From Trichoplax adhaerens (Eukaryota > Animalia > Placozoa): a stretch of 64,000 nt of DNA. Position numbers and translations under genes: made by a program. This document shows positions 12,330 to 24,439 of the stretch, one piece after another (positions within the stretch are counted from its first letter, which is position 1; each line of letters starts with the position of its first letter). Location of the stretch: positions 2,717,740 through 2,781,739 of the forward strand of contig NW_002060947.1 in assembly GCF_000150275.1 (NCBI RefSeq), read 5' to 3'. Under the pieces are notes generated by a model. The model did no database searches. It had not been told where the DNA came from and was given only the letters and a program-made list of their open reading frames with translations.

Positions 12330-13900
12330 CAAAGTACAATTTATACTGCAGTAATTATATTAAATAATGTATCAACTATAGCGAACTTTATTTGGGCAAA
12401 TATCCGAAAAGTAAATTTTTCGTAACTGAATCGTATTACAGTAGGGTGAAAACGACCGTGCGAATGGCAGACAGGTTAGGTGCCTATATTTTTAAATAAT
12501 TGTTACGTCGATGAGCCGGTTAACTATCTAAATACGAGTAGTTCCACATGAATCAGTTGTTTAGATATGAGTGTTTCAAACCACAGGGTATTGATCACCA
12601 ATTTACCGTGGCAAGGAATATCACTGCATAGGTCTTATTGATGCAGATCCGATTATGGTTTATGACTAAAAAATTCGACTACTATAGTACTTGCGCAGCA
12701 AGCGGTATCTTCGTTATTCAATCGCGTACCTTATCTTCGGGTTGAGGTGTGTAGAGCGATTGTTAAAATTAAATTTTAATGGGCAGTACTGTCTATTAAG
12801 GTCTCTGAAAACATTTTTGCTCTGGTCAATAATAGAGTGCTAATAATTATAAGTAATTCATAAGATTATATTTTGATACATTTCCATATAATTACATATA
12901 TTGAGCTTATATTGCTAGGACCAAGCCATAAGCATCTATACGCGTATTTTCGGTTCACTCTTCAGTTGTTCAGTAATACTCGTGTACATCGTACAGTATG
13001 TGACCGGTATTACGACGTGACTTGCAAAATGGTTGGATCGACCGAACATGTAACAGCGACTGATAGTTTGTATTAGAAACTTTAAAGAAATATAATTATT
13101 CAATATTGCGATAAAAAATAATAAAAATATCAAGAGTCAATTGCTCAAGGTTGTACTGATCTGTCTGCGTGGAATTTAAGTCAAATTTAAACTACATTCA
13201 TTCACAATTTAAAGACATAATTTAGGGCAACACTATAGCTAAACATCTTTCAACCATTTTAGAGGGCTCGCCGCGCCCCTGTTAATAGTGGTCTACAGTA
13301 TGGTGTTATAAGCCTACAAGGAGTTACCACCATGGAGCACCGTTAGTTCACAAGGTGTCAATGTTTTGCTACTTCCTTCTCATTCACTATACGATCGCAA
13401 AACACTGCAAGGTATAGTGAGAGACACATTTTTATTGAGAAGTTAGATGAGACTACCAGAGGACAGGAAAAATGGAAGGAATGATCTAGTGTTTGAAGCA
13501 GTGTTGCATAGTGAGTAGACTGAAATCTCTCGGAATCAGAGGTTTTGTAGTGCAAAGTTTCAGCGATAAATTCTTATCACTCGTATAAATGAATGCGAAT
13601 CTCAAGATTTCTTTTTTAACAGACTTTATTAATCCTATTCTAACATATGCATATGTTACTTCGTTATTGTGATACTGTAACAAAGTAAGAGTACAACAAA
13701 TTATAAACATATTAACGGCTGAGAGATTAAGCAGTAATAGACTACTAATCTTTCTTTTATTGTACTGGCATTGTACTCTGTATAACAACCATCAAGATGT
13801 TTTTCATCAAGTTATACGTGTCCAAGTTATAAACATACGATAAAGCTAAGAATGAAGAATCATTGATCACTGACTAATGTATATCCGAGGATAGACATAT
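12330..13900 (-). pseudogene. Degraded rhodopsin-class GPCR pseudogene
   Basis: Collinear fragments in shifting frames: TM1 (NLMKNILMVVI), TM2 (SSLLLLNLSAVNMFIICC), TM3/ICL2 (TLDHSFHFSCPL), TM5 (VVIPVTYCTMYTSITEQLK), TM6 (KTYAVIFLATVNW*SIP), TM7/H8 (SHGRFHPTVIRFSYEKF). It carries several stops and frameshifts. Boundaries are approximate. Confidence 0.5.
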
Positions 13901-14530
13901 CATAGCTTAGAAGCTATTAGATTTAAACCAGAAATTAAGTCAAGGGGAGGAAAGAAAATTTATCAGCTGTCGTCTTTATAACCGTAATGATAATTAATTA
14001 TTACTTAACAAGGCCGTTATCAAATAAAATAAATAAGAAATGTCATTGAATATTAGTATGCGTAAGATATAAATATTATATAGTAAGGGTTATACTTTAT
14101 CACGAATTAGGTTATAAGTTGGGAAATAATGAATATTTTAACGGGTTACCTACTTAAATTAAATACGCGTTAAAATAAATAAAGTTAATTCAATTTCACA
14201 GCTGTTTCGCTCTGTATTTTACGTTGACGGGCAAACCACCCAAGTTGATAAAAATAGTCCATTCTAAGTACGGTACTATACTGGTAAAGAAATACTCAAT
14301 AAACCTTTAATGGAATAACGATGACAATAGTGAATGCCTTAATAACGTTTTAACCAAAAAAACGTAACAGAAGAGTACCATAGTAACAGGAACGACGTTT
14401 CTCCAAAGGGTCTTCGTGAATTTTACGGCATTCAATAGGGGAAATGGAAGCGAAGATGCGTACAAATCTTTATCAACCTATAACATATCAATTATAGGAC
14501 TGATAGCAAGCATTAACTAGTCTCATTTGA

Positions 14531-15007
14531 TTAATAACAATGAGTTCTGTCGTAACCGAGATACTTGATTCTGTATTCCCGAATATATTTTTGAATACAT
14601 GCACTGAATTTGGCATCGCACCTACAGACAATGTGGGAACATGTATGAGAGTGATTATCGTAACAGATCGCTTTTTTGGCAATACACTGCCAATTATAAC
14701 TCGCCAAATAGGATGTAGTCCCATGGGCTTTACATATTGAATGCGCTCGCCCATAGCATTGATCGTGCTGCTGACAACATCTATCTATATTATCCACAGG
14801 GTGAGATCCTTTACCACCTATACCACAGAAACAGCCATAATCGATGAGATCGAAACCGGACGTTTTCGAGGAACATTGTAACATGCCACCTAATTGTATA
14901 AAACTCCTTGCTTGAGTTTCATCAGATGATGATACAAGTATGCCTGAATGGTCACATACCACAAATATCCATATCAATGAACTAACTAAGATCTTTTCTA
15001 TTCGCAT
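14531..15007 (-). CDS. Secreted phospholipase A2 with group I/IB-like cysteine pattern, intronless, 158 aa
   Basis: Hydrophobic signal peptide, propeptide ending in Arg (TQAR|SFIQL), Ca2+ loop YGCFCGIGGKG, catalytic CCQQHDQCY, CRCD (Asp99 equivalent), and 14 Cys in the predicted mature chain. Confidence 0.95.
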   Translation of the reverse strand: MRIEKILVSSLIWIFVVCDHSGILVSSSDETQARSFIQLGGMLQCSSKTSGFDLIDYGCFCGIGGKGSHPVDNIDRCCQQHDQCYGRAHSICKAHGTTSYLASYNWQCIAKKAICYDNHSHTCSHIVCRCDAKFSACIQKYIREYRIKYLGYDRTHCY

Positions 15008-15316
15008 TCCGCTAATGATTAATTTATAAATGTTTTTACTGTAAATTTTAAACTGTGACTTTACTCGTCTGAAGGATAATTAATTAATGAACGACAAATG
15101 ACAATTGATATAGTAAAAACATTGGGTTCTAGTACAGTAGTTTGCTTTTATGGATATCATATTGATATCATGATCGTGCGCACTAGAGACCCTTGGAGAA
15201 GTCCTTGTCGCGCGTCAATCATAAAGGTAAGAAAAAACATACAGTAGATACCAGAGCCTGCGACAACTGTTCACTAAAAGAAGTAGTTAGTATCGGTAAC
15301 CAAACTATCGATAGGT

Positions 15317-15606
15317 GTACGCTATACAGTATACTGCATAGAGATGTCGACAGGATAAAATTGTCCGACCGCACAATGTACAGTACAGTGTGCAGTACTG
15401 TACCTAACACTCATTGACTACAGTACGCTGCACTGTACAGTATCACTGGATCTCTTGATCTGGTCTTGTCCGAACTCTGGTCACGGACTGAAAGTCCTTG
15501 TACTGTACTGTACTCTAAGTACAGTTTTAGCGCCTTATTACGGCGACCCCAAAATGCTAAATTAAGGACCCTGACTTACAGTACTGTACACTGTACAGAG
15601 TACAGT
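15317..15606. repeat. ACTGT/ACAGT pentamer array upstream of PLA2, with AGTCCTTG/GGACCCTG motifs
   Basis: Read directly, about 310-600 bp upstream of the PLA2 ATG in the divergent PLA2/TBCK spacer. Confidence 0.8.
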
Positions 15607-16633
15607 TAATCTGAACATCGAGTGCAAAATCTGAAAGTAAAATGAAGAGAAGTACCCCCCAGTACGACGTGATCTGATACATTCGATATTACAACTTTTG
15701 CATCAATTTGTACAAAATTGATAGCAAATGCATGGATTTAATATGTGCACATAGCTCTTGACTTAGCTAATTTTCATCGGGATAAAGATTAATCAATTAG
15801 TAGGTGTCACAACCGAGATTGTAACACAAGAATTAAACGGGATTCTTTCCTCTAAAGTAGACTTAACTATCTAAGCAACTAACTCTAAGCACTCTTTAAT
15901 CAACCAAACTTAGATTCGAGTCTTAGACGATAGATTACTCACGTTAAGGATCAAAACTTTATTCTAGAAGCTATTTTATTAAAATGTCCGATTGAACGCA
16001 CAACTTACAATTACGACTAGCAACTGATAGCCATCTGTCATCGACTAACGTAACTAACTCTCAATTAAGAACTTTGAGACTTTATATATCCTCACCAACT
16101 TCGTTGGTGCAAAAACAGTAATTAATTAATAACCCAGTCTACATACTTATTATAGCCAGAATCACAACACACTTTCTATGACATTTAATATTAGTTAATT
16201 AGTAGCTAGGTGTCAACATATGATTCATCACACAACAAAATTATAATATTGATGATGCATTAATTAATGAATGTCACAGTAGGTAACTTCTATAATAAGA
16301 GACCTATCTGTATGCGAAGGTTCATAACGATTGATATTTTTTAAGCGTTTTACCAATAGTTTAGTTTTTAAAAACTATTCAAATATATGGAAGAAAACGG
16401 ATCACATCAGTACGTAGTGTAACAACGTACACAATATTGACTATGGACTTCTCTACTGTTACGCTAGATCACGGGCGCAGCTCTTCGTCGATACACACTA
16501 TCAGTATACAGTACACTATAATGTAGTAGTTACTTGAACACCAGTTTCGGCGAATGATTTTGACAACATTTGAAAATTTTCGAGCTGATCGAATTTGTGA
16601 ACAGGTCGAATTGTACGATATCCATATTTTAAT

Positions 16634-16790
16634 GGTACAGTACAGTATCAAAGCAAAGTATAAAATTGATTTGTACTGTACTGTACTGTATGATTAAGAT
16701 TAATATACTGTACAGTACTGTACAGTGTACAGCGTACAGTACAGTTTATTATAATACTGTACTGTACAGTATACAGTATGTCATACTGTA
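16634..16790. repeat. ACTGT/ACAGT pentamer array upstream of TBCK
   Basis: Read directly. It includes the palindrome ACTGTACAGTACTGTACAGT (16707-16726) and ends about 50 bp before the ATG. Confidence 0.88.
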
Positions 16791-16838
16791 TATTGCAAGC
16801 CATGCTAATTAAAGATTTGCCGTACATCTATCAGAGCT

Positions 16839-19800
16839 ATGGCTACCCAGCTGACGGAAGGTCTACTTGGCAACGCCGAGCTTGGCGTTTCTACTTTCTT
16901 GGCTGCCCCCTTACCAGCTAATAAATATGGTATAAATGGTTTACCTTTAACTCCGAATTCCATTAAAATTTTAGGAAGATTTCAGCTGTTGAAATCTATT
17001 TCTCATCCATATCTTTGCCAGTATATAGATCTAGTCCGGGGAAAACATGGTAAGAGATACTGTACTACATTGCTAGCTATAAAGTCAACGAAATTGGAAA
17101 CCTACAATGCAAAGCTTTAGCTAAGAACTTAATGTCTGAGGCTTATATTTTCTTTGCTACTAGCTTAAAGTGTAGCTTACTCTGATAAATTGGAAGAATT
17201 TAATCAGTCAGATTATGCTATATATCGGTGAAGTTTCGAGCATGATCTGCGTAATATATAGTATGTCAATGACGTTTTTAAAAAATGACCAACAAGTAAC
17301 GCTTTCTACTTTCAATGTTGCAATATTGTCATTTAACGTGATAAAAATCTAGCGGTGAAGTGCAGTTCAAATTGGATTAAATTACCTATTTTTTAAATAG
17401 TTCTAGAAGATAATGGCATAAATTTACTGATCAGATTTACCTTGATTATTTGCATACGTTTTGATAGAACGTTTATTCGTAGTTTGCGAATATAACAAAA
17501 TTAACCTACAAGATTGTATCCGCAGCGGCAGGCAATTGAGGTATAACTACATTCTTATTAGAGATTTATGTAGCTAAATCAGAGATAATCTAGCAATCAG
17601 TTTTCAGATTAAGGAACTAATATTTGCTGTGATATAGTAGATGGAAAACTACTCGATCACCTTCTACAGTCTATAATATGAATTTCGCTTCATTTTATTC
17701 CATCATTTATTACTGAAAGTGCAACGACTATAGCACAAGTTGGCTATCAAATATTACAGGCTTTAGCGTTTCTTAATACCTATGAAATTGTTCATCGTTC
17801 GCTGACCCCGTTTAACGTTTCACTTGCGAGCGAGGTTAGATATTTCTTTGTGATATAAAGATTTTAAAGCAAGCTCATTGCATTTAATGACCTATTAAAG
17901 CCAATCTTCGATTTATGAAGGCTAATAAGTAAGTGTACTATATATCATAAGTTAATCCTATATTGACTCTACAACTTCTACCAGGGCAACATTAAATTAT
18001 CGCATTTTGGACTGTATTACGTAACTCATTTTGGCAGTTTAACTACCTTTCCTATTGGATATCCCCCGTATTTACCACCTGAAGCCATTGTTGCTGGTCC
18101 AAATTATGCGGCCGAGTTAGGTCCCTCCGGTTTTAAGGTACACTTGGATAAGTTATGATAATATAAAGAGGATTTTTAAATTAATTCTCAATAATTCGCT
18201 TCGTATTGCGATGATATAGCGCACATGATTAAATGCTTATATTGATCAATATCCGATCGTATTTGGTATCATGTAGATTATAATTCTATAGTACTGTGTG
18301 TACTGACCACATATGATTTATTTCCGCTAGTTGATACTATACTCGTAGGCACAGCACAAGTAATACATCAATCAATAGCATTAATTTAGCTTTAAGCAAT
18401 ATTAATCGCTGTGGTAAACCGTCATTTGTTTTTAACGGTAAAATGTTACACGCCCACTATTTCCTAGCCGTTAAGACGAATTTTAGGCATGAGTAGTTTA
18501 TAACGTATCATACAGTAATATCCTGCCCTAAGTATATTCTCATCATTTTGAGGTAACCATAATACTATTAAATTTCATTCACTACTTTAGCTAGAATAAT
18601 ATTTCAGACTTGAAGCCATGATTCTTGTGTGCTCAAATATACTGCTTTAGTTTAAAAGATAGTCGTTTGCGTGTTTTTTGAAGGTGTAGCTAACATTTTA
18701 ATCATATGCATTAAATTGCGACAGTTGTTTCACGTAACTTTTAGTTGCAAAGTGTCAGATATGTGTAGTTTTTCATAGCAGCAGTCGTATAGTTCAACTT
18801 ACAGTTATTACTATGGGTATAAAAGGTTTTATAATTATAGTGTATACTGTAAACCACTTCTGATACTGTAATACCAAATCTAAGGATTCGTAAAACAATT
18901 GAATGTTGGTTATGTTATCGTTTACATCATTTTATCAGTAAAGCGTAAATAAATCTTAAATTACTCCGTTGATATTCAGTATCTTTCTTATGCAACTTCG
19001 TAGGTTGATGTTTGGTCCGTTGGAATTATTTTACTAGAAATGGTCATAGTAAGATGCTTTTTATAATTCAAAATTATTATAACTGCTTTAGAATTAGTCT
19101 TAGTTATTAGAAACTTTAGGAAAATCATACGGCCGCAACATTTGTTGTGATTTATATAACAAACATATCTCTAACTCTGTATATCCATATGACATGTCCA
19201 AGAGTATGAAGAGGCTAAATCTGCCAGTAGTTCGTGAAAGTATTTTGTCACGTAAAATATACTATTACATTTAGTGTTTTGTCCAAGCTATATTCTTTAA
19301 TACCTAAATCGTGACAAATTCAATGGATACTTTAATTTACAATATTGTGATTACATTTCAAAGAGATAATTTTTCCTTAGATTAACTATTTTTAACATCT
19401 AGTTTATCGCATTATGGTATTGTTTTCAATTATCTCGCATTTTCTATGATATACTATGAGTACACTATTAAGGTATATGACTTACAAATGTATACCTATC
19501 CATTATACGTTTTAAATAATATGTAGCAAAGGAACATCTGTGATGGTAGCATAAAGGACTTGCGTGATATTACAGAGGAATTATTGCAGTTATATGAAAG
19601 TATGTTACTAATTTTACTCAGTAGAATGACTAAACTAGAAAACCGATGCAAGGAAATATTCGAATTGTCTTTTCGTAGAAATAAATAAATTTGATCATTT
19701 CTGCAAATATTTTCGAAAACAAACAAGAACTCGTTTTCGAATAAACCAATATCCAATAAATATGTAAATAGGATGCAATTTGCTTTTACAGGGGAAGATG

Positions 19801-22800
19801 ATAGCGCACTGCCTTATTTCATGCAAAAGTTTGGCAATGATAGCATCTTGGTAAGAATGCAATAAATCGTAATATTTAATTCAGATGTTTAAATAACTTG
19901 CATATTTTTGATTTTACTCATTAGTCAGTAAACCCCAAGCTAAAATCATTTATAGAAAAATGTTTGATAGTTTCACCAACGAATAGGTATTTGTATTAAA
20001 ACTCTGGATCGTCTTTACGGTGTATTAGTTTAGCAATATTAAATTAGGTATAATCTGTACTAATCTGATCTTTCTTTGTAAATTATGCTTATCAAGGCTT
20101 CTACCGAAACAGTTACTAGATGATGAATTATTTGAAGAGTTGCGCATCAAGCAGCCAGTAAGATCAGAGATTTTATTAGAAGACTGTTACTTTACTTTAG
20201 TTTTTACTTGTTTAAAGTATTGATCTCTCAATAGGTTCAGTTACATAATACAAAGCTATCTTTTCCATATATGATACAATCCCAAAATATAGGATATCGA
20301 CAACGTGAGTTGATAGATTAAATGATATAGTGTATATATAAGTTCAACGGCATATTTTACCTTTACTTTAAAGGGAGATATGAGAGATTTACATCGCATA
20401 ATTAATACATACTAAAAAGTATTCTATTTCTTAGAATCTCGAAATTCTAAAGGTTCCTTATCGGAAAGGTAGGCGTAACGGCATCTGTATTTTATACCTA
20501 AGACTAATTACTATTCGGTTAAAACTACTATCGTGTGGTTAATTAAGGCTATTTGAAGAAGTTTACTATATTTGGTCACTTGCTGCTGGAGATTTGGAGT
20601 CATTACTAAAGAAATCTAAACTTATAAAGTCCGAACCTCCGATTTGTAGTATGCCAAAGTAAGAGTGGCTGAGATGCTTTTTAGATTAGGATATAATAAA
20701 ATTTTATAACCAATGCGATATTGTGGTAACTTCGTGATTAAAAAGGCGGAAAAATTTTATCCGTTAAACCCTTAAAATCTAATTATAATATTATAGTTTA
20801 ACAACAAATGATGGTTATGCATTCGGACAACCGAAAGATAGATTAAATTTACATGATAACTCTGTTCAAATCCTCCCTTTAGAAAAAGTATTAGAAGTAA
20901 GTATTGATACATAATTAGTTAATTATACACAACGGATTAATAGCGCTATAATTCCATATGGCAAAAATTTTCCTGATCACTTGATGTCGCATTTACTTTT
21001 AGAAAATTGAGTCAATAAACGGAATAGAGCTTTATCCATTGATAGAATATTCACAGTAAGCCAATGCATGGCTTTATATCTGTAAAGTATTCATGTAGTG
21101 ACTGTTTATCTCTTTAATGCAGTTTTGCTCGGCGTCATTAGGTTTACCAGTAGTACGGAGGAAACAAAAGAAACCGCTAAACTTCCTCCTATAATTAAAG
21201 AACGTGATGTTTGTTATCAAGTAAGTTTGCTATTGCGTACTAGTGTAGCACTGTATATTGATAATATTTAAAAGATATGATTAGATATTGTAGTTGTATC
21301 TATTTCATTTTCGCTCAAGCATATTTTCATCAATACTGAAGCTATGGGAACTTTCTTAAGTTAGTAGCTAAGAACGATTTATCTAAAAATTTTTAGACAC
21401 ATAGAATCATTTTATTTCAACGGTTATTGGAGGTTTGTATTTGCCATACTGAAACGTGAATGGAATAAAATCTTATAAATTGTTACAATAACTACTGTTT
21501 TCGTATCGAAACCAAGGGATATCCCCATACGTTGAAAACCCTCTTTTCGGAAGCTGCTACTGATATTCCTCCCCTTTTAAGGGGAAAAGTATGGTCAGCT
21601 CTTCTGGGGATCCGGGTTAGCAGAGCAATGAGTGCATATAAGGCAGTCTGATATTAGAAATTAATGATCATAAAATTTCGACTGATTAATTCTCCTCAGC
21701 TAATTCGATGAATTATTTTAGATTAAGTTTAAAAAAATATTGCAAACAATTTTTTAGGGTAACGTACAAGAAATTTACGATCTGATTGATAAAGAGACGC
21801 CAAATTCTACTGACCGCCAGGTATAATTGGCATAAAGACGTTATCATACTATGGTTTAGTGCGAACAGGAGATAAGAAAGTTGCCTATAACAGTAATATT
21901 GTGTCCATATTTAGATCGAAGTTGATATTCCTAGATGTCACCAGTATGATGGATTGCTTTCATCTCCTACTGGCCATATAAAGTTTAAACGTATTTTAAA
22001 AGCATGGGTTGTGTCACATACTGACTTGGTGTACTGGCAAGGTATGGTCGAATCTATCATAGTTCCTTGACTATTTAATCTATTCAATTGTTAATGATAC
22101 TTGAGCCTATTTTTTTCAGGTCTTGATTCATTGTGTGCTCCTTTCTTACACTTACACTTTAATAATGAGGGTAATTTATTACATCTTAATTATTTTTAGC
22201 TTATAATTTCATCAAAATTAATAACTTTTTTTATTTACTATAGCCTTGGCCTTTGCAAGCCTGTGCGCTTTTATTTCTAAATACTTGCATAATTTTTTCT
22301 TGAAAGATAACTCTCACGTTATTAAAGGTGACTGTAGAAACGATTTCGAAAAGAGAAAGTCTTCTGTTATAGCTGATCTGATTTACAATTACTTAATGCA
22401 ACAATCTTGAATTATTTTACAATTTAAGAATATTTGGCTGTGTTTTCTCAAATGATTGCATATCATGACCCAGAATTGATGGATCATCTAGATAACATCA
22501 GTTTTATTCCTGATGTAAGTATAGCAAACTTTTTTAGGAAATCAAAAGATCGAGCGATATATTTCAGTTAATTAAGAACAAATCATAATCTTGAGATGAC
22601 ATTATATCTTTGTTTATTCTGCGTACTTAGCTATTTGCAATTCCATGGTTTTTGACGGTATATACGCGTAAGTACTTTGATTATCCAAGTTACTAGTTTA
22701 TCGGTATTAATGTGATTCTATGACGACTAGAATTGCTTACATAAAGTTTGACCGTCGGAAATTCATTACATCAAAACTATAGATGTCTTTCCGTTGCTCA

Positions 22801-24439
22801 AAATTTTTCATTTGTGGGATGCGCTCCTTCTCGGAAATAGTTCATTTCCGCTATTTATAGGATTAGGATTGCTGTTTCAATTACGATCTGAATTACTGAG
22901 TTCCGGATTCAACGAATGTATTCTTTTATTTTCTGATTTACCAGGTAAAATGATATTGATTGTAAATTTATACTAAAATTTTTTTAAAATGCAGATGCTA
23001 TAATTTAAGGTTTATTAATTTGCAATATCTTTCGATATTAAAGAATTGGACATCGAAATATGTGTTAAGGAAGCAAAAAGAATGAGTAGTTTGACTCCGC
23101 CAAGTATTTATAGGCGTGTACATGAACGTCGGAAAATAGAGAGAGATTTGCATTCCATCAATCCTTTTGATGTATTATTTGATGACACAGGGGATAGTGA
23201 TGCTCTAAAAGTTATAGTATGCAGATGTCAACTTCATGTTTAAGAATTTTAATATCAAGTTACGTAAGAATGAGCTCCTTAAGTGTGATTATTTCGTTCG
23301 TACTCTTTAGCCAGAAGAAGACTTGCCTACTACTTCACAACGACAGGAAGAAATGTGTCCTCGAATTAATACCAGAGATTTTGTACGAATTTACCAATTA
23401 GATCCAACCGGTAAAGCTTCAGCATTTACAGAGCCTGCCTATCACAGAGTTTTGGTTATTGATACGCGTGATACGGACGAGTATCCTATATCTAATGCTA
23501 ATTTTAATTGAAATTATAATAAATTACTAAAGGGTCGATATGATAGCCAATCTTACGTAATTGTAATTACATTTTCATTCCTTAACCAAGTATTTACTAC
23601 ACTAGATATAATCAGGGCCATATTCCGCGTAGTATAAATATTCCATCTTCTCGTGTTTTAATCGAAAATGCCTTAAACACTACTTCACCCTTAATAACCC
23701 AATTGTTGCAGATGAAAGGAAAAATGGTTGTTGTTGTCGGTAACGCTTCATCTGCAGCTCATACGGTGAGTATTATTTCTACGATGTAAATTATTGCTAT
23801 TATTTCTCTTTACTCTAAAGGGATCCATAATCTGCTACTCTAGCAATTTGGTAGTACAGTTTAACGAATGTAAATTAATTTTTATCGCAGCTGTACATTA
23901 ATATAAGTACACGGTAGTAGTGAAATATAACAAATTATTAAAAAATGTAGTATCAACTGTAGATCTAGTAAAGAGAGATACCGCAGTGCATATAGTCTAG
24001 TAATATACTAAATTACCTTTCTTTAATAAGCTTAGCTATTTTTGTAGTTAGATTAATTACGATAATTCGGATTTTATCAATAGATAATAGATATAATGAT
24101 TTTGGTTAATAAGTCATAGAGCACTTTAGAATAGCTATTATACTTACTCTAATTACTGTAGTATAAATTATATTACATTAATTTATTTAGCGATATTTAT
24201 AAAGATTTAGAGTAGCGAAAGTAATGATAATTATATAGTTCTTGGTATTTTTAGTACCGATACAATGGCCTCTAATAATTTTAATACATTTACAAAAACG
24301 ATAAATTGCAACAATTCTATTGCAGTTCGCGAGACAACTGGTTAAGCTTAAAATTCTCCATGTTTCTGTTCTTAACTTGGATGGTCTGAGTATTTTACGT
24401 CATTTGGGTTTACTGACTCTTCCGTTGGACGATAGATAG
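16839..24439 (+). CDS. TBCK: TBC domain-containing pseudokinase (pseudokinase + TBC Rab-GAP + rhodanese-like), about 28 exons
   Basis: Spliced peptides: [136 protein letters not shown]. Stop TAG at 24437-24439. Confidence 0.95.
23481..23605 (+). other. U12-type (minor spliceosome) GT-AG intron in TBCK
   Basis: 5' site GTATCCTAT, branch point TTCCTTAAC at 23578-23586, no polypyrimidine tract, AG at 23604-23605. Removal restores the rhodanese frame D-E-Y-N-Q-G-H-I-P. Confidence 0.85.
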
